DNA of 63,564 nt, filler included, from Reclinomonas americana ATCC 50394 (taxonomy: Eukaryota): assembly GCA_048213135.1 (NCBI GenBank). It is 9 parts of 9 records of this genome, joined end to end, with 100 filler letters (N's around TTAATTAATTAA, not from the genome) between each part and the next. Parts side by side here need not be neighbours in the genome. Positions count along the whole stretch, not along the records: positions 15,734 to 35,391 come from AFZH01016775.1; 8 more parts are not named here. The stretch is one strand, 5' to 3'. A program made the position numbers and the translations under genes. The notes beneath the pieces were generated by a model. That model ran no database searches, was not told the DNA's origin, and worked only from the letters and a program-made list of their open reading frames with translations. Shown one piece after another: positions 16,101 through 29,000 of this stretch; position 1 is the stretch's first letter, and each line of letters opens with the position of its first letter.

Positions 16101-19100
16101 GAGGGTGTACAAAAGACTGACGCAGCGCACATAGTTATGCTGCAGAAGTTATCGCCCTCATCTTCCCTCCCTCTCTCCCTTCCTTCCCTTCCTTCCCTCC
16201 CTTTTGCCTTTCCCTTACCCCTCTTCCCCCATTTCGCAGGCCCCACATGCGACCTGTACGTGTTCGGCTTCCCCTCACTGACGGAGCGCGCCGATGACGC
16301 CGCCTCTCCACCACCGGAGGATGCGGATGGCGACGGTGCCGGCAGTGGGGCCGAGGACGAGCCACGACTGCGCGTTCCTGCACCACGCCGCGTCGTTGCA
16401 CCTGCCTCCACGCCGGCCGACGTTCTTGCAGATTTCACGGCGTTTGTTGGCCGTCCGGCGGAGCCACCGGTGTGTTTGCGTGTTTTTCTCTCTCTCCGTT
16501 GTGAAGATGGGAGCGACTGACACAAGGTTGTGGTAATGGTGTGGAAAATAGCTGTGGGCATTCGGCTATCATCAGTTGAGTTGCTTGCTAATAATGGTCG
16601 CACCCTACCTCTTCGCCGTTCACTCATGTGCGTGCACAGGTGCCGCTGGTCGTACCCTGACTCTGAAGTCATCACTGGAGTGGTAGACACGTACGCGGAG
16701 GAGCGCATTCCGCTGGAGTGCATCTGGCTGGTACGATGCTGCACACAGTGTTGTCGCTCTCCACTTTCATCTCATCGTGCTGGTTCTCCTCCAGGACATT
16801 GACTACATGGACGGCTACAAAGTGTTCACGACGCATCCGCAGCGGTTCCCTGATTTCCCGAACTTTATCGCCCGCATGCGTGAGCGCGGAGTTCGCACCG
16901 CCTGCATCTTGGATCCAGGGTACGTCTTGTGTGCCTGTTTGTTGACGTGTCCATGCAGGGAACCTCACTTGTTCTCCACCCGCCAGCATCAAGAAGGAGG
17001 CTGGCTATGATGTGTACGAGGAAGCGAAGGCGCGAGGCTACCTGGTCACCACGTTGCGTGCAATCGCTCAGCATCTCTTGTCCCCCTGTCGTATTCACTG
17101 GCAAGCAGGCGTCGTGACGAGGAGCTTGTATCGGTGGTGTGGCCCGACCCGGCGGGTGAGCGTGCACATCCCCTCTCATCTTCCTGCACTTGGTTACTGA
17201 ATCGTGGTGTGTTCTGCTCAGTGTTTCCGGACTTTTCGCGTCAGGTCCTTCATATCAGTGGCGTGTGATGGGTTGTCAACTGGCTGATCGTGCACTACAG
17301 GAGGTGCGCGAGTGGTGGGCTCGCCTGTGCCGCGATCGATACCTGGCAGCGGGGGTACGTGTGAATATGCTCGCTGCAAAGACACTTGCTGTCAGTGTGC
17401 TCACGCAGTCTCTCTCTCTCTCTTTTTCTCTTGCCCTTGATTCTTTCGTCTCCGGTCGCATTTCCTCTCGCCTCCCCTCGTTTCCTCTCGTCTCCTGTCG
17501 TTTCCTCTCGTCTCCTATCGTTTTCTCTGGTGTCCTATCGTTTCCTCTTGTCTCCTGCCGTTTCCTCTCGTCTCTTCTTGTTTCCTCTTGTATGTTGTCG
17601 CATCCTCCCTTGCTCTTCCCCCTTCGTCTTCCCCCTTCCTCTTCCCCCTTCCTCTTCCCCCTTCGTCTTCCCTCTTCCTCTTCCCCCTTTGTCTCCCCCT
17701 TCCGTCTCCCCCTTCCGTCTCCCCCTTCCGTCTCCCCCTCCGTCTTCCCGCTTCGTCTTCCCCCTTTCGTCTTCCCGCTTCGTCTTCTCCCTTCGTCTTC
17801 CCCCTTCGTCTTCCCCGTCCGTCTCTCCCCCTTTTCTTCCCCTTCCGTCTTCCCCTTCGTCTTCCCCCTCTCTTCCCCCTTCTCCCCCTTCACCCTTCCC
17901 CCTCTCCCTTCCCCCTTCTCCCCCCTTCGTCTTCCCCCTTCTCTCCCCCCTTCTCCCCCTTCTCCCCTCTTTGCAGTTGAGCGGCCTGTGGGTCGACATG
18001 AACGAGCCAGCGGCCTTCACTCCCAGCAAGACTATCCCGCTGTCGTCCAAGCACGGTTCCGCGTACCACGCGCAGATGCACAATCTGTATGGTGAGAGCG
18101 AGGGAACAGAGTGCATTGAGGTCGCACTTTGTCGTCTCGAGGCTCACCTCTCTGCGTGCAGGGTTCCACATGTCGCAGGTGGCGTCTCGCATGCCAGTGA
18201 GATGTTTGCTGACTTCCACTCCTTCTCGCTGAGTCCACGCGCGCTACTGCAGGCCACCTTTGCAGCGTGGAATGCCGAGTCTGGCAAGTCTGCGGCCGCC
18301 GAGACAACGGCCGTCGCAGTGGCCGATGACGGGGCGTCATCGTCAGCGCCATTGTTGCCAGCACAGGAAGCACCATGGGTGCTTACGCGCAGTGGATTCA
18401 CTGGTAACGCATTTTTACGCCTGTGCACGAGCTTCAGAATTTCTTACTCACTCGTCTGCCTGGTCGTCGCGCAGGAGTGCAAAAGTATGCATGGGTGTGG
18501 TGCGTCACTTGGCCGTGTTCTTGCTTGACTGCAAGGTCGTAGTACGTTGTTGTTGACTTTATCTGCAGGACTGGCGACAACACGTCGACCTACTTGCACC
18601 TCGGTCAGAGCATGCCGACGATGATGAATCTCGCGCTGTCGGGTGTGCCATTCACCGGCGCCGACATTGGTGCGTTCCTTTCTGCATTTGCTTCTCTCCT
18701 GCACCTCGTCGCTGACTTGCCCGTACGACGCAGGTGGCTTTTCCCAGAACTGCACGTCGCATCTGCTGGCTCGCTGGACATGGGTGCGTCTCCATTCACA
18801 TCTATTCATCCTGTTGTATTTTCTTATCATTCACTCCTTTTGCAACAGCACGGCGTACTCTATCCTTTCATGCGCAATCACTCGGCCAAGGGCACTCGTG
18901 GCCAGGAGCCGTGGGCCTTTGGGGCCGACACGTGTGCCATTGTGCGTTCGGCCATTCGCTTCCGCTACCTCATCCTGCCGGTACGCGTTGACGCACATTG
19001 TTTGCACTCCATTCGGGCGTTCACCATTCCCTCTCTGTGCAGTACATTTTCACAGAGGCACTCGCGTGCTGTGAGACCGGCCTTCCTCCTCTGCGACCGC

Positions 19101-20084
19101 TGCTACTCGAGTTCCCATTCGATTTGCAGTGCCGCAACATTGAAGACCAGGTGCCGTTTTCTCGTGCTCACCAACCCCGTGGACCCCGCTCCGTCACTCA
19201 CCTTCCGTGTGCAACCGCAGTGGATGTATGGCTCGCACATGCTGGCGGCACCGATTCTGCAGGCGCACACCAATCACCGCCACGTCTACCTGCCGGCGGG
19301 TGTGTGGCAGGACATGTTCACTGGCCAGGTGATTCAAGGCGGCCGCCACATTGTCGCCGAGGTGCCGCTGGAACGCACAGCACTGTACCAGCGAGCCAGC
19401 TCGGCCATTCCACTGCAGCAGTCCGAGGCCCTCAACACCTCGAGCAGCTCGTACCTCACTCACGTCGTGTTGCGTCTCCCATTTTTCCTTCAATTCTCCC
19501 CTCAGCAGTTGCCACTCACACTCTGCTGGCGCGAAAAAACAGGTGGCGCATCTTCCACGGTTACAACACGCACGCCGAGGGCATTCTCCGCCACCGACAA
19601 GTGCGTGACGGCCAGCTGGAGGACTTCACCATGAAGCTGAGCACGGCGCATCTGCCGCCGCCAGAGAGCATCGACGGCACGATCTGCGAGGTGACAATCC
19701 AGCCGTCGGGCAACGTGTCGCGTGTGGCGGTGAGTGGAGAGGGTGGACTGCATTGAGAGACTGGAGCCTCACCTTTCGTTTGTCTCCCCCTCTCGCTCAC
19801 AGTCGGTCACCATCGAAATCAGCTTTGAGCAGCAGCCACGACGAGTGGAGCTGGTCGGCGCCACCGGTCTCGCCGAGCCAGTGGCCAACGGCGACCTGGA
19901 GCCACTGTCGTTCCGCCACAGCGTCCTCGACCAAGTGCTGGCACATCGCGAGCGCGCGCAGTCACCCACCAACGTCCGCCCCGCCGAGCTGCGACACCTG
20001 TGGCTTGTCGAGCTGCCATTCGTGCCCACCGCGCTGTCGTCCTCCGACCCCGAAATCAAACTGCTCTTGCAAGTGGAGTACTGA
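13191..20084 (+). CDS. Glycoside hydrolase family 31 alpha-glucosidase
   Basis: Spliced motifs YYGTGERTGPL, PPLWAFGYHQCRWSY, IWLDIDYMDGYKVFT, ILDPGIK, VFPDF, the nucleophile motif LWVDMNEP, HNLYG, LTRSGF, the acid/base motif WTGDN, GADIGGF, PFMRNHS, QEPW, RPL, VYLPAG. No obvious signal peptide. Spans two gaps, so some exons may be missing. Confidence 0.95.
13335..13685 (+). repeat. (CTCA)n/(CA)n microsatellite in the first GH31 intron
   Basis: Directly visible. Confidence 0.95.
14005..14270 (+). repeat. (TTC)n/(CT)n microsatellite
   Basis: Directly visible and precedes a gap. Confidence 0.95.
15045..15500 (+). repeat. Intronic tandem duplication, period 243 bp
   Basis: GTGTGATCTTTGTCTCCGCTCATTCATATCTTCATTGACCG at 15101 and 15344. 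Confidence 0.9.
17440..17970 (+). repeat. C/T-rich minisatellite (about CCCCTTCGTCTTC) in a GH31 intron
   Basis: Directly visible. Confidence 0.85.
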
Positions 20085-20407
20085 GGGATAAGTGAGTGTG
20101 AATACCGTCGTTGGACAAGTCACTGCATGTTCCTGTATCTCCCCCGGCATGTAATCTTCACCTTCCCACAAACATCATGCTCCAGCGTGTCACAGTCTCT
20201 GCGCTCATGCCTTGCCACAAACAAAGTGTGGAGCAAAAGACAGCAAGCAACTTGTGCTGCAAGAATGCATATTCATCGTCGCACGTGAGTCACACCACAT
20301 GGCAGACAACATTTTGCGCACTCACTCTCGCACTCACACACTCGCACACTCTGCGTAGCATAACGAGCAAGAGAGAGAGGCACACTCAACCGCCTCATCT
20401 TTTACCC

Positions 20408-21443
20408 ATGGCGACAGGTGCGCATCACACACAGCACACACAAACACATATTCATGCACTCACTCTCACTTCTCACAGCCTCCGCCACACCCTCCTCACC
20501 CTCAGCTGCCGCGCCAGCACCCACACTCTCCGCACCACCTCCTTCCTCATCATCATCATCATCCTCATCTCTCCGCTCTCGTGGCGCACCACCTCCCATC
20601 ACCATGGCCCCCGGTCGCCGACCACCAATGCCACCAGGCGGAGTGCCCGCGCACCTCGTCTCCACACCCGACCCCGACTCCCCGCGCCAACTGCGCTCCT
20701 CAGGCGCCGCATCCTCCTCCCACTCGGCCTTCTCACCCGCCTCGCCACACGAGTCACCGCGCAGTGCAATCCGCTCACCGCAGTCACCTGGAGGAGCTGC
20801 TGCAGCCACTGTAACAACAGCAGCAGCAGCTGGGGGAGCTGTAGACAAGCGAGGGGCGTTGCAGGAGACGACGGCATCATCGCGGCAGTTGCTGGGCATG
20901 TTGTCGGTGGAGGAGGGAGCAGAGCGCGTGGCCACGTTGAGCGTGTCGGCACCGTCCAAGGTCGCCTTTGACTCACCACTGAGCCGCCTGGAGCCGCCGT
21001 CTGTGACCATGGCCTCTGCTGCTGCTGCACCTCCAGCAGGTGCAGCGTCGGATGAGAGCGTGTCGCCGGAGCTGGCAGTGGGCGCGGCGATTTTGGTGGA
21101 TGTCGACGACAGTGTGGCGGGGTTGCTGTCGACGGCGCCTGTGTCAATATCCAATGGTACCGCGGCCATGGCCATCAACGCCAATGCACGCGGTCTCACC
21201 GGTCGCATGCCGCCGATGGTCGACGACAACTTTCTCAGCGTTGATTTTGCCATCGATCGGCAAGAGGAGGAGTCGTTCTATGCGCCGTCGACGCCCTCGT
21301 CGGGGGCGCCAGACGAGTCACACGAAAAGCTCTTTGACATGGACAGCGAGACGGCAGACTCGCGCTCAGACCGCGACGATGATGACGACGACGCAGGCGC
21401 CGAACCACTGTCACCATTTGGCGTAGCGCGTGGCGGCGACTGA
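20408..21443 (+). CDS. Hypothetical Ser/Pro/Ala-rich disordered protein (about 325 aa, one intron)
   Basis: ATG GCG ACA G|GTGCGC...CACAG|CC joins a long ORF with many SP/TP sites and an acidic C-terminus containing LFDMDSE. Confidence 0.7.
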
Positions 21444-21477
21444 GAAGCCGCCGACCAGCGGTGTCATTATCATCAAG

Positions 21478-21865
21478 GCATTAAGCAAGTAAAGAAGAAC
21501 AGAAGGTACAAGCATCGCTGTGTCTCTCCCTCCAAGTTATCGCGCTGGAGAAGTGCTGTTCTCGTTCTCCGGCGGTGTCGTCAATGTGTTGAGCAAGCAA
21601 AGAAACAGAAGGAACAAGCAAAGTGAGCGGCTGTGTCTCTCCCTCAAGTAACCGCGCTGCAGAAAGTGCTGTTCTCTTTCTCCGGCGGTGTCGTCAACTC
21701 CAAACGCATGAAGCAAGTAAGCATAGCAGTGTCTCTCCCTCACGTAACCGCGCTGCGCATGCAAGGAGTGCCGCCCTCGCTTCTCTTTCCCCGAACACCA
21801 AGCGCATTAAGCAAGCAAAGAAACAAGAAGGAACAAGCAAAGTGAGCGGCTGTGTCTCTCCCTCT
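21478..21865 (+). repeat. About four degenerate tandem units of 100-120 bp between convergent genes
   Basis: GTGTCTCTCCCT at about 21520, 21633, 21729 and 21852, with recurring AAGCAAG(C/T)AAAGA and CGCGCTG blocks. Confidence 0.85.
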
Positions 21866-21931
21866 CCTTTCTTCTCCTTCCAGATTTCATTCCGTCCCTG
21901 CATGTCGTCCGCGCTGCGCACACTATCGTAC

Positions 21932-22811
21932 TCACACGCGCGCCGACACAATAGCCTGTCGCCACGCAAACGCAGCCGCACCGACCAGCACTCGTCGCAT
22001 GGGCTCCGCCACACGAGCCGGCAGCACCTTTCTTGCAGGATCGCGCACCAACAGCAACACGGTGGCCAACAGAGTGTAAAACGCCGGCGCACACTGCGTG
22101 CTGTCGGGCGACGCGTACCACGAGCGCTTCTGGTAGAGAGAGAAGCCCGAGGCGGCCAAGATGAAGATCATGGCCGGTCGCTGCACGTGCTGACGCACGG
22201 CCGAGTCACTGTCGAGCACGAACGCCACCAGTGCAATCAGTCCCGTGTACACCAGCAGCGACACGAGGAAGAACGAGCGCCACTTGTTGTTGGTGAGGTT
22301 GGGGTACAGCAGGTCTTTTCCCCCCCGTTGCACACACATGAGCACGCGAGACAAGAGAGAGACACAGACTGAGAGAGAGTGAGAGACCGACCTGCAGTGC
22401 CGAATGCAAAGAGTCCGACGGCCATTGCGCCTGACACCAGTTGACCAGCAAAGTGAATGTGATCGGCGAGTGACAGGTGGATCTTGCCCGGTGTCACGTG
22501 GCCAAACACGCCTGCCCAGAGAGAGAAAGAGAGACAAAGAGGCATGGTCGGCATGTCCGTGTCACACACACTCTCTCTCACTTTGTGTCTCTTCCTTCCA
22601 ACTGCTCTCGTTCTCTCTCTCTCATGAGCGTACCTGTCAGTGCTGTGATGGAGATGATGGCGAATGCAGTGGGGAACACGCAGCAATCGGCGCCAAGTCG
22701 CACATCGGTGTCGTAGGCGACGAATGCACACGCGGCGCACAGCAGTGCCTCCCACACCCACACGGGCGTGAGAAGAGAGTGCGAGGAGGAGGCGGCGACA
22801 GCACTTCGCAT
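21932..22811 (-). CDS. Hypothetical multi-pass membrane protein (two introns)
   Basis: Three exons joined in frame by GT-AG introns, with several hydrophobic segments (WEALLCAACAFVAY, FAIISITALTGVFG, FFLVSLLVYTGLIALVAFVL, MIFILAASGFSLY). Start codon uncertain. Confidence 0.65.
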
Positions 22812-23051
22812 CTTCGTTTTTTTGCGAAAAGTTCTCACTCGCGTGCAGGACGACTTCTCATGCCCAGCATTTCTCCGATCCGCGGCAGCACTGAGCAGCA
22901 GGCCAGAGAGTTGTGCGCAAACAAACACCAGCAATCACCCTTTGTGGATGAAAAGAAAAAGTGAATTGCTGAACTCTTGTTCGTCAACGTCGAAAACGAT
23001 GAATGCAGCACTACATTCCCTTCCCCCTTTATCTCTCTCTCTTTCCACTCT

Positions 23052-26000
23052 CTAATCGTTGGTCACCACGTTCATGTAGTGACGGTATGTCGTCATCAGC
23101 GTCTCGGTGAACAGCAGCACGCCCTGCTCGTCGACGTCGGCGATCACTGTAACACACTCATCATCAGCACAAGACAATCAACTGATGCAACGCAGCACAG
23201 CACAGCACGCACCCTTGAACTTGATCAGTCGATCGGTCTTCTTGCGGCTGAAGAGGCCCGACGAGTACGGCGTGCGCAGGTCGAGACGGATCATGTCGCC
23301 ATGCGGCTCAATGTCTTTGACGTCTGCGCAACAACAACAACGCATTTAGTATTTCTATGCAGAGCGTGAAGAGCACCGCGTTGACGAAACTCGCAAACGT
23401 GGTCACCCACTCCAGGTCGTACTTGCGACTGCCGACCTCGATCAGGCGCAGATCGGTGATGATAAAAATGCGGTCGTCGTTCTCAAAGTGGAAAATGTAC
23501 TCGTCTGCGAGAAGAGACAAGTCAGTGCTTGCTCCTCTTCTTCTGCCCTCCCCTCCCAATACACACACACACCGTTAAAGAAGCGCGCATCGGCAGCCGC
23601 GTACATCATCACCTTGCCCTCGGCGGCGTCCTCGTCGTACGGCTGCGCATGCAAAGTAACAGTGAGCAGCGGAAGAAAATGGAGAACCGGAATCAACACC
23701 ATCGCCGCACCAGCATGACATTGTGCTTGTCAAAGGCACGCGGATTGCGCAACCGCAGACCACGGGCCTTGCGGTCCAACAGGGTCGTGGTGTTCTTCAG
23801 ACCCTCGCCGGTCTTGCTTACCATGTCCACCGCGCCTGTCACCGGTTTGACCACCACACTGTGCGACGTAGCAGGTGAGCGACAGAATGAATTGACCACC
23901 CGTGTCTGCTTTGACGCACCCCACGAGTCCCTTGCCGACGCCCTTGAAGAAGCCGGCAACACCGCCACTCCTGGCACCCTTGAACGGATCGACAAAGATG
24001 CCGGTGATGCCGGTGAAGAGACCGCGGCCGAGACTCTGGCCGCCCTGCCACAGTCCCTCCAGCATGTGACGCGGGCGCTTGCGCACAAACGCCTGTCGTC
24101 GGGCAATGTAATCGTCGTCCATGGAGAGTGCCGCAATGCCTTTTCCGAGACTGCCGGTGACCTTGGAGGCGGTATTGAAGACGCCGTGCAGCGAGTTCTT
24201 CACCAGACTGAAGGTACCCTGTGACAATAAAAAAATGCAGGGCGTGAGCATCTGTTGCGACGAGAGAGAGGTCCCGTTAAATCAAAACTCACCTTGGCCA
24301 CACCGGCTCCAAACTGCACCGGCGACTTGACGGCTCCCTTGGCGGGTTCCACGAAAAAGTCACGCACGCCCGTGCCGAGGTTCGTGACGAGGCCGACTGG
24401 GTTGCCGAGAATGTCGATCGAGCCCACCACCTTGTACGCCTGCGCAGGAGAGTGATGAGCGACAAACACACTGCGTTGACACCACCGACCAATTGTGCAA
24501 ACGCACCTGAGAAATGGCCGAGTTCTTGTACTTGGCAATGAGGCGATTCGTCAGGCCCGCCGACGTCTCGCTAATGTATTGTGCATGCCACGCGTTGAAC
24601 TGAAGATGCGCACGGTCGACGTTCTTGAAAAAGTTGCCCAGCATGTCCATCACCGGGTTGTGGCTGCGCACGGACAGTCAGCATAAAAGCGCGGACCACA
24701 CTCGCTGGAGGGACATCGACGCACAAGAGGCCAAACGAATGCTTCGCACTCGGAGTCTTGTTGGCAATGAATGACACAAAGAGCGCCATCGATTCGAGCA
24801 CCATTTCACGAATGTAGACGCGCCCGCTGGCGCCGACCGGCACCTCTGGCATGTCGTTGATCACCGACCTGCACAGGATCGTCGTCAGTGAACCGTGAGA
24901 ACGCACACACAAGGCCATCACCATAGATTGACGCACAGGGCCAGCTGCTTCTCCGGGCCGACCACCTTGCCGGTCACTTCACCGAAACCGGAGACAAAGT
25001 CAATCACACCCCACAGCAGCGTCTCGTCGACCACGATTTCCATCTCTTGCAACAGGAAGCCAATGTACTTGTAGTACGACAGTGAAGGATCTGCGTGTTT
25101 CGCATTGTCGTATGAGTACCACAAATTCATCGCAGTGGTCGTGCCTTCCCCTCTCTAATTTCCATGTCTCTCTTACCTCTCCTCGCGGCCTCTTCCCTCG
25201 TGTCCTCTTCTCCTTCCTGTCCATCTATCTCCCCCAATCCTCCTCCTCGACTCTCTCTTTTGACCAAGTTCCCTCTCCCTCCCTCCCTCCCTCCCTCTCC
25301 CAGTCCTTCTTCACTCTCTCTCTCTGTCCTTCTCCACTCTCTCTCTCTCCCTCTCCCTCTCCCTCTCCGCATCCTTTCCCTGTTGCTCTCTCCCCCTCCC
25401 CTCCCCTCCATTGCACTCACCACCCAACACCTTGATCATGCTAAAGTGCAGGAATGGCTTGTCCACATCGATACTGCCGGCCGGCTCCAGCAGCACTGGG
25501 TGCAAGAAACGACGCAGTTGGTTGTCGACCTGAATCTCCAGCACCTGCACCTCCAGCGACTGCTCCTCGCCCGTGTTGCGCATGTGCACCACCGGAAGCG
25601 TGACGGTGAGGAACAGCAGCTCCTGCACAGTACCACAAGAGAAGCAGACGTGTGTGAGAGAGGGAGCAGTAAAACAGGCAGAAGGCTGGCGGAGACGCAA
25701 CTCTGGGCTTCTGGTCGACCACCGACAGGCTGACCACCGGCAGGCGCACGCCGACCTCGAAAATATTCAACAGGCGACCCAGTGTTGCGCCATCATTTTG
25801 ATCGCCAGTGCCACCAGTTTCCTCGTACGAGAGGCGGAGAACGCGAGTGGGGCCCTTGGTGCGCACCACACCATACACACGACGGCGATTCTGCGAGTGC
25901 GATGAGTTGGCTGACACAGAAGAATCTCGGCCTCCAAGCCATGAAGTGCTCGACACACGCACCAGCTTCATCAGCCTGCGGCGTACTCCGACTTCTTCAA

Positions 26001-29000
26001 GCTCCATGGACGCCGTCTTGCCTCCTCCAGTGATGACCAGTTCGCGCGTACCATGCGGAATGTCCCAGCAGTACGGCATCGTAGACTTGGGCGGCAACGC
26101 CCACTGCAACTCGCACTCCTGCAAATCGAACAAGGGAGAGCAGATGCGTCACGTATCTGTCAATCGCAAACATGCTGCGCCTACAGACACCACGAAACTC
26201 GCTGCTGCAGATACATGGGCACGTCGGTCTCGTTGAGGATCTCGTACTCGGGAGTATTAGCAGGGTCACGGAAGGCGATAAACTTGGTCGACTGGTCGAG
26301 CTGCACAAGGATGCGCACGAACGAGAACCGGCTCTCCGCCGACATGCGCGGCCTCAGTTTCACATCGAACTCGACCTGGCCAGCAACCGTGAATTGTGTC
26401 GACCTTGAGGGGGGGCGAGGCATGCAAGTCAGTCGAAGCACGGTGATACACATTTCCGCAGGTGCGCCCCTCACCAGTCCCAGTCGCCATCGTCGGCGAG
26501 TCGCAGGCTCAGCATCTGATCGTCGGCGTTTGACGGGTTCCAGTGGAAGTCGACCCACTCGTCCGGCTCCACACGCACGACATGGTCCTGGGACGAAAAG
26601 GGCAGTGCCAATATAAGCCTCTTGCACTGTCTCGGACGACAAGGATCACGCAAGAAATATACAAACCCGCCCGCCACGCGGCTCGCAGATCTCGACAGCC
26701 ATCTTCAGCTTGTTCTGCAACACAATGTGCGACCGGATGGACACGATGCGCGTCCGTTGATACTGAGAGGCGCACGTCGTGGCTCATTGAGTTTCTCAAC
26801 AAGTCACAAGAGGAAATTTGCTTCTTGTCCATGACGTACCATGCCAGTGGCCATGTACATGGAGCACGCAAACTTGAGCTCCGACTTGGCGGCTCCACGA
26901 CCTGCGTTCAGTGGGCACGCAAACACACCAGACGTTCCGGCGCTGTCGATGGAGAACGGCTGCCCTCGCCACCACACAAGTGTTAGGCACGTCCACAGTG
27001 CAAACCACCACAACACGCATCCGTACCTCTGACTTGCAGTCCAGTCCCTCAACGTTGAAGCGCACACGATGTCCCTCCTTGCGGTCGCGATAGGAGAACA
27101 ATTGAATGTCCACGGAGTTCTCGTCTTCGCGGCCCTCAGGAACCACGGGTATGCGGTACTCGGTTCCTGCGACAACAATAACGACGTGAGCGATCACAAG
27201 CACGAGCCACCGCTGATAAGCAGGCCGATCGTCCTCGCTCACCAGATCCACCAGCCATCAAGCGACGTCCCGACTTGCCGTGGAAGAGCCGCAAGTCGGA
27301 CTGGCTGCGATTGATAATCCAGTGACTCACGTACATGACACACGTCAGTGTTCCGCGACTCCTGTCATTCCTGTCGAGTACACAAAGGTGAGTGAAGACC
27401 GGGGGTGGGTGGACTGGAGGGTCGCCACCACACACGCAACTCGTAATCGAGCAGAATGTCGAGCTCCAAACCACTCCTGTCCACCACTGTGGCACGGTCG
27501 GCGACGGCGTTGCGACGTGGGTCGCGAATGCACACGCGCTGCGCCGCATAAAAGTCAGAAACACGCTGAGAAGTAACCTCTCTCTCCTGCACACACACAC
27601 ACACTCACCGCCTTGGGCGTCCAGACACCCGGCTCTGGCCGAAGAGCCGACTGCACCTGTACTGGCTGCACGGTGGCCAGAATCGAGTCCGCGCGACCGG
27701 TTTCGCACACATCGACACGACCGCCAGGCGCCACAATCTGCTCATACAGTTTGTGTCCGGACGAGTCGAGCAGCTGCAGCCACACGGAGCACGGGAGAAT
27801 GTTCTCCAGCGACATCAGCGGCGCCACAACCATCTTGTAGCATCGCGTCTTCACAATGTCACCGGCCATCGTGGTGTACGTGTGATGCTTGCTAATGACA
27901 CGATACGAGAAGCTGCCGGCTCGACCATTGTCGCGCACGTATTCCAGCGGCATCTGCATTGCAAGCGAATGAGCATGGAAACACAAAGTGCATGGAAACA
28001 AAGCGAATTCGCACCAGATTGCCGACACTGTCCGGGTTGAGGATGCGCCGCAGTTGCTCCTGGGCCGGGTTGCGCGTGGCATCGGCCGGTGAAATGCTGA
28101 GCACCTCCGTGCGCGTCGTGAACGACGTGGGGAACAGGAAAATCGGCAGCGCATGTCGACCACCAGCAGCTGCACACACAACATTGATGAGCAAGTGTAC
28201 GCTGTTGCGAGGTCACACTGCAACGTAAATCTCACCAAGACGCTCAACGCGATACGGACGACCGTTGTGACCGGCGACCGAGAAGGAGATGGGGGCGCCC
28301 GTCTGGTTATCGATTTCAAACTCAGATTTCATCTCCACCACCTTGGCTCCCTTCTCCAGCGTAATCTGCACAACGAGCATTGAATTCATCGGGAGAACGT
28401 ATGCAATGGAAGGCGAGCAAGACAACGCAACATCCAACACGAGAAGGACGTCGCCCTGCAAAGGGTACGTGCGGATGCCCATTCCACCGAATGACACACC
28501 CGGAATCTGCTCAAAGCCGTCCACAAGCACATCGAACTGCGTCTGCGCCGTGGCCTGCACACAACACAATCGTGAGACGACTCCACCATAGGAACAAGAA
28601 GAGGCACACATAACCAGCTGCGCATGCGCACCTCCAAGCCAACGGCGTGATAGTCGAACGTGAGTCCGAGCTGGGAGCCGGGATTCACTCGGTGCTTGGT
28701 CTGCGTGGCCCGAAGTTGATTGAGTACATGCATTCAACAAGCAACACAAAAAGTGCGCATCGAGCCCATACCGATCCATGCGCCACACGGGAAACAATGG
28801 TCGGCAGACCGGTGTGATTGCGCACGACGAGCGGGAAGAATTGCTGCGTGCCGGCCGGAGCGTCCACTTGCACCGCCTTCTTCAGTCCCTCTCCCCACAA
28901 AGCTGCCGTCGTCAGCGCCGTGTCGATCAATGCATGCGTCAGGTTGACATCGAGTCGGAACGGAGAAGTGACCAGGATCGAAGTGCGTGTGCCGACAGCC

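Noticed and set aside
13191..20084. GH31 as a recent bacterial transfer
   Set aside because: It has more than 20 introns, and similar signal-less GH31 enzymes exist in other eukaryotes. No claim is possible without a phylogeny.
25100..25160. Possible GT-AC intron in VPS13 (ATAC|GACAAT)
   Set aside because: An upstream AG acceptor keeps the frame (MIK|RGEGTTTAMNLWYSYDN), so a non-canonical end is not needed.
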